A stretch of 38,409 nucleotides of DNA, taken from Chiloscyllium plagiosum. Lineage: Eukaryota. The position numbers and the translations under genes are program-made. Shown one piece after another: positions 34,460 to 38,409 of the stretch. Within the stretch, counting starts at the first letter, position 1. Every line of letters starts with the position of its first letter. The notes beneath the pieces were generated by a model. The model saw only the letters and a list, made by a program, of their open reading frames with translations, did not search any database and had not been told where the DNA came from. Location of the stretch: the NCBI RefSeq assembly GCF_004010195.1, contig NC_057758.1, positions 1,205,396 through 1,243,804 of the forward strand, written 5' to 3'.

Positions 34460-35194
34460 TAGTGGTAAGTTCCACGGAAGTGTTGCTGACCAAAGATACC
34501 TTGGAGTGCAGGCTCATAGCTCCTTGAAAGTAGAGTCGCAGCTAAATAGGATAGTGAAGAAGGCGTTCGGTATGTTTTCCTTTATTGTTCAGAATATTGA
34601 GGACAGTAGTTGGGAGGTCATGTTGTAGCTGAACAGAACATTGATTCGGCCAAGTTTGGAATATTGCATGCACTGCTGGTCTCCTTCCTATCGGAAGGAT
34701 ACTGTGAAACTTGAATGTGTTCAGAAAAGATTTACAAGGATGTTACCAGGGTTGGACGTTCTGAGCTACAGAGAGAGGTTGAATAGGATGAGACTGTTTC
34801 CCCTGGAGTGTCGGTGGCCATATGGAGGTTCATAAAATTATGAGGGGCATCGAAAGGATAACATGACAAAATCTTTCTCCTGGGGTGAGGGAATAAAGAA
34901 CGAGAGAGACAAGGTGTAGGGTGAGTGGGGAAATTCCGGAGAGACCTAAATGATAACTTCTTCATGCAGAGGGTGGTGTATGTATGGAATGAGCTGCCAG
35001 AGGAAGTGGTGGAGGCTGGTACACTTGCAGCATTTAAAAGGCATCTGGAAGGGTATATAAATAAGAAGGGCTTGGAAGGATATGGATTGAGTGCTGGCAT
35101 GTGAGACTAGATTGGGTTGGGACATCTGGCCGTTATGGACGGATTGGATTGAAGGGTCCGTTTCCGTGCTTTATAGCTCTATGACTCTATGACT
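34460..35194 (+). mobile_element. CR1-type (HER1-like) LINE 3' end
   Basis: ORF 34641..34835 IRPSLEYCMHCWSPSYRKD..VQKRFTRMLPGL; VWNELPEEVVEAG; tail GAAGGGTCCGTTTCCGTGCT..(CTCTATGA)n. Confidence 0.9.
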
Positions 35195-36105
35195 TGAAGA
35201 TACAAAATCTGTGCGTGGAAATTTACTATTTGACAAGTCTGGAATTCATTGAATTGGAAATTCTGATCCGAATCATTGCAGTGATTAGTCGAGGTTCTTC
35301 GATTGTTTATTTAAACTATGCTGTGAATATAGTGTGTGTGTGTGTTGTGGGGAGCGGGGTGTTCGGGGGAAGGGGGGGGGGGTGGGGGAGAGTGGGGGAG
35401 CTCTCTGACTCTATGTTATAACAGTCTTTGTCCCCATATTCAGGATTCTACCATCTTCCACGGTGAGTCAATGATCGTAAAAGTCATTGTTATAAACAGG
35501 GACAGAGAAACAATTTCACTTCAAACTGTAAATTGGATACCGTGTTGAAAGAAAAAAGAAACGACAGGCGTGAATAGGGCGCGGGGAGCCTCTAATGAGA
35601 TTCTTTGCGGAGATGAAACCATGAAGGGAATTCAAAAGAAGAAAATGAAACATCTAAGCTGAGATACAAACCAAAACCAATAAATTACTGTCAGAAGAGG
35701 GATAATTGTCTAGGCTGTGTCTAACCCTGGCTTATAATTACGGGGAGCGGACAGGTGACATTTGGAATACAAATGTGAGTTGCCAAGCGCACAGACAAGG
35801 GGTTTGCACAGTCAAAAAAGGCAGAAACCCACGTTCAAAAGTTTCAATAAGGAAAAGGCTACGAGGCTGGAAATGAATGCGGTTTCAAAGGAGTGGCGCA
35901 ATCGGTGAACCCATTCACTCAGATGTTGGCCAGTTTTGAAAGTGTGGGTGGGGCTGGGTGATAGGGCTGTCATATGGCCGGTACCAATGGGTAAGAATTG
36001 GAATTGAGATTGAAGATATTGGCTTTAGCTATATCCATATTTCCATGAAAGATTGTAACAGAGGTTAGCCGTGGGTTAGAGGAACAGGGTTTTAGAGACA
36101 CTTAC

Positions 36106-36226
36106 CAGTGATGCCAAGAATTGCGAGCATTGGGTAATAAGCACCCTGTATAACCTGAAGTGCAAACGAAATCCGATGAGCTATAGTTATCCAAGATTTA
36201 TCTGAAAAAAAGCCATTGAAAGCCAT
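36106..36226 (-). pseudogene. GPR139-like: GPR139/GPR142-like GPCR coding exon 1 (N-terminus and first half of TM1)
   Basis: MAFNGFFSDKSWITIAHRISFALQVIQGAYYPMLAILGIT+G followed by consensus donor GTAAGT (36105-36100); phase 1 joins TG-AAC at 23128 to give ..YYPMLAILGIT-V-NGLTIVIL..; the ancestral start was probably further upstream (36266 or beyond), across a T7 frameshift. Confidence 0.8.
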
Positions 36227-37894
36227 ATGTGAAACTCCTGCCTAATGTAGTGACATTCCATTCCATTGCTCTCAGGTTTTGATCCACTGTAACAATATTC
36301 CAATCCTTTGTTCTCAGGTTCTTATCTCTCCATATCTGGACCTGTTGGCCCCAGTTATTGTTGGCATTGAGCTTCCCAGGCACAGATTGTTATAATTACA
36401 TCAAAAGCAAGGATTATTAATGCCAGGCATGCAATCTTTTCAGGATCAATGGAGGCTGTCATTAATTACAGTGGTTAAACAAACAAGTTCACTTAACACC
36501 TTAATACCCAGCACTGACTGTAACATAATACATTCGCTCATGTTGAGTGCTGACTTGGTAGTTTTTTTAAGGACTTCCACTGCGTAAAACAATCGTGAAG
36601 AAAAAGCAAAGACCTACCATTGAATGTGGCAGAGGTTTCAGAGGATTGGAGTATTGGAACATGCTTTGTTGATACCTCTGTAGAAGTGGAGAACAATAAA
36701 GCCTAGAACGACAGAACAGTCAGCATAACATCTGAGAAGGGGTCAGGAAACTCTTGAATGCATAATCACAGACAGAATTTGACAGGGCGTTGGGATGACA
36801 AGGACAAATCCGTCTAGATATCTGCAAAATCAAATCGTGTCAGTCTTCAGTGAACTGCAGGCAAACGTCTCAGGATCTCTCTGTTCCGCTGAATTTCCTA
36901 GAGTCCTCGTCACCAGAATCTGGCAACATTTTCCTCCCTTCATCACAAGACAGAGCTCAGACATTCTCAGTTTCACACGACTCCTCCAGGGTGCTCAGCA
37001 AATACTTCTGGTCTGAAATGTTCTGGTCTGGAAATCCCTACCTTGCCAATCCTAAACAATCTCACTCTCAGCAAAAGTATTTTGCATCGGCATCATCAGC
37101 CAAAATTTGGCAAGTCTGCTCAGGTTAAACTGTGAAGGTTCATTTTTCAGATGTTCGTTGTTTGCCCAAAAATGAACAAAACAAACCCCACCATTTGCCA
37201 TTGGAATATTCGACCTGACAGCCTCATTTAATGTTTGCTTGATTCCTGTGTAAAACTTCCCCAATGCTTAAGAAAGATGCTATGACTCTCCTGGAAGTTT
37301 CTCCCTAATTATGTGATTTACTAGAAATTGCAAGGGGTGCAAGGCTTGAAGGGCTGAATTATATACGTACACTAATCATTCCTGTGCTTTTAGGATGCAT
37401 GTTAAATTAAAATAGATCATAGAGGAGATTTGTATCGAAGAAATGAACTATCTCAGATGAATAAACTCTGCTCCATGGGCTACCGTTAACTTACTGATGT
37501 CAAACAGAGTCCGTTCCTAGACCGGCAGGAAGTACCATTGGGACGCCATTAAGCATCAAAGCACGAAATTCTATGAGGCTGAGCATTATCAGAACGCGAG
37601 AGTGTGGTCAGCATCGTGAAGGTAGTTGGAATGCAAATCTGTCATTCCGAACCACTTTGATTCCCTAAATCAACGTGATTCGCCAAAGGCAATTTTGTCC
37701 AGAAACATGCGTCACGAAAGGAAGGCTATTAAGGTTGATTCACATACGTGACAACAGTCTCTGTGGAGTTATTTCAATGCCGAAAAGAGAAAACAAATGC
37801 TTTTGCAGGAATTTAATAGCAACTGCCGTTATTGAGTTGAACAAATATTTCTGGTGTCATGCTGCTATTTGGGAAGCTTAATTCATTCAATCAA

Positions 37895-38409
37895 CGGGAA
37901 GAGGAAGGTCAGCTTGCAGCATTCCTCGAGCAGTGGCTGCCATAGCTTTTAAAACTGGAAGCCGGATCAGGCCGGGTTAGGGTAGAATGGGCCTACCGGG
38001 TCGCAATACCCGGGCCCGGCTCGAACCAGCGCCCATGCCCGGTCCTGTTCCGGCTGCAGAGCTACAAGGTGAGGCAGATACTCCTAGAAGCCTCTAGAAA
38101 TCTCGGAAAAGACCCCCAAGCTATGATCTATAAAGGATCCAAGATCATGTTATTCCAGGACTTTTCGCCAGCTCTGGTCCGAAAGAGGAAGGCATTCGAC
38201 GATGCGAAGAAGCGTTTAAGGAACTTAAATATTCAGTACTCCTTACACTATCCAGCGACGTTACGCTTAAACCATGAAGGATCCGTATATAACTTTGGAT
38301 CACCAGAAAAGGCTAAGGAATTCTTGGACTCTCTTAGATAAACTGGAAGACATAATGGATGTTGGTTTGCCTTCCCCCCCGCTTTGGTTTATATCCCCCC
38401 CTTTTTTTT
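37895..38409 (+). mobile_element. L1-clade LINE, 5'-truncated ORF1 (RRM and CTD) and start of the inter-ORF spacer
   Basis: FLEQWLP*LLKL..RVEWAYRV..RPCPVLFRLQSYKVRQILLEASR..IMLFQDFSPALVRKRKAF..YSLHYPATLRL..FGSPEKAKEFL; in-frame TAG at 37943-37945. Confidence 0.85.

Noticed and set aside
35194..35421. ORF with IYY..IIAVISRG faintly resembling GPCR TM1
   Set aside because: Wrong strand relative to the gene, no TM1 Asn motif or downstream helices, starts in a LINE tail; probably chance.
36400..37890. Promoter or additional exons upstream of GPCR exon 1
   Set aside because: Apparently unique sequence, but no motif or ORF that I can support by eye.

Overview
Eukaryotic, repeat-dominated genomic DNA, almost certainly from a shark or other elasmobranch (inferred from HE1/V-SINE-type SINEs and CR1-type LINEs), with three sizeable assembly gaps. 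The only host gene I can support is a two-exon, minus-strand GPR139/GPR142-like class A GPCR pseudogene: exon 1 at about 36106-36226, a phase-1 intron of about 13 kb, and exon 2 at 22247-23128 with two frameshifts. The rest consists of two decayed Gmr1-type Gypsy LTR retrotransposons (integrase upstream of RT), many CR1 LINE fragments, tRNA-derived SINEs, Penelope-like (GIY-YIG) element fragments, an L1 ORF1 remnant, a degenerate 31-bp minisatellite of about 4.7 kb, a 60-66-bp repeat next to the GPCR stop codon, and internal segmental duplications. The most interesting signal is a pair of ~225-bp non-coding fold-back insertions built from Penelope-type terminal repeats. Each is flanked by a 14-16-bp target-site duplication and folds back exactly at a minimal hammerhead-ribozyme-like motif. 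Two further micro-inversions occur at the same motif elsewhere in the window.
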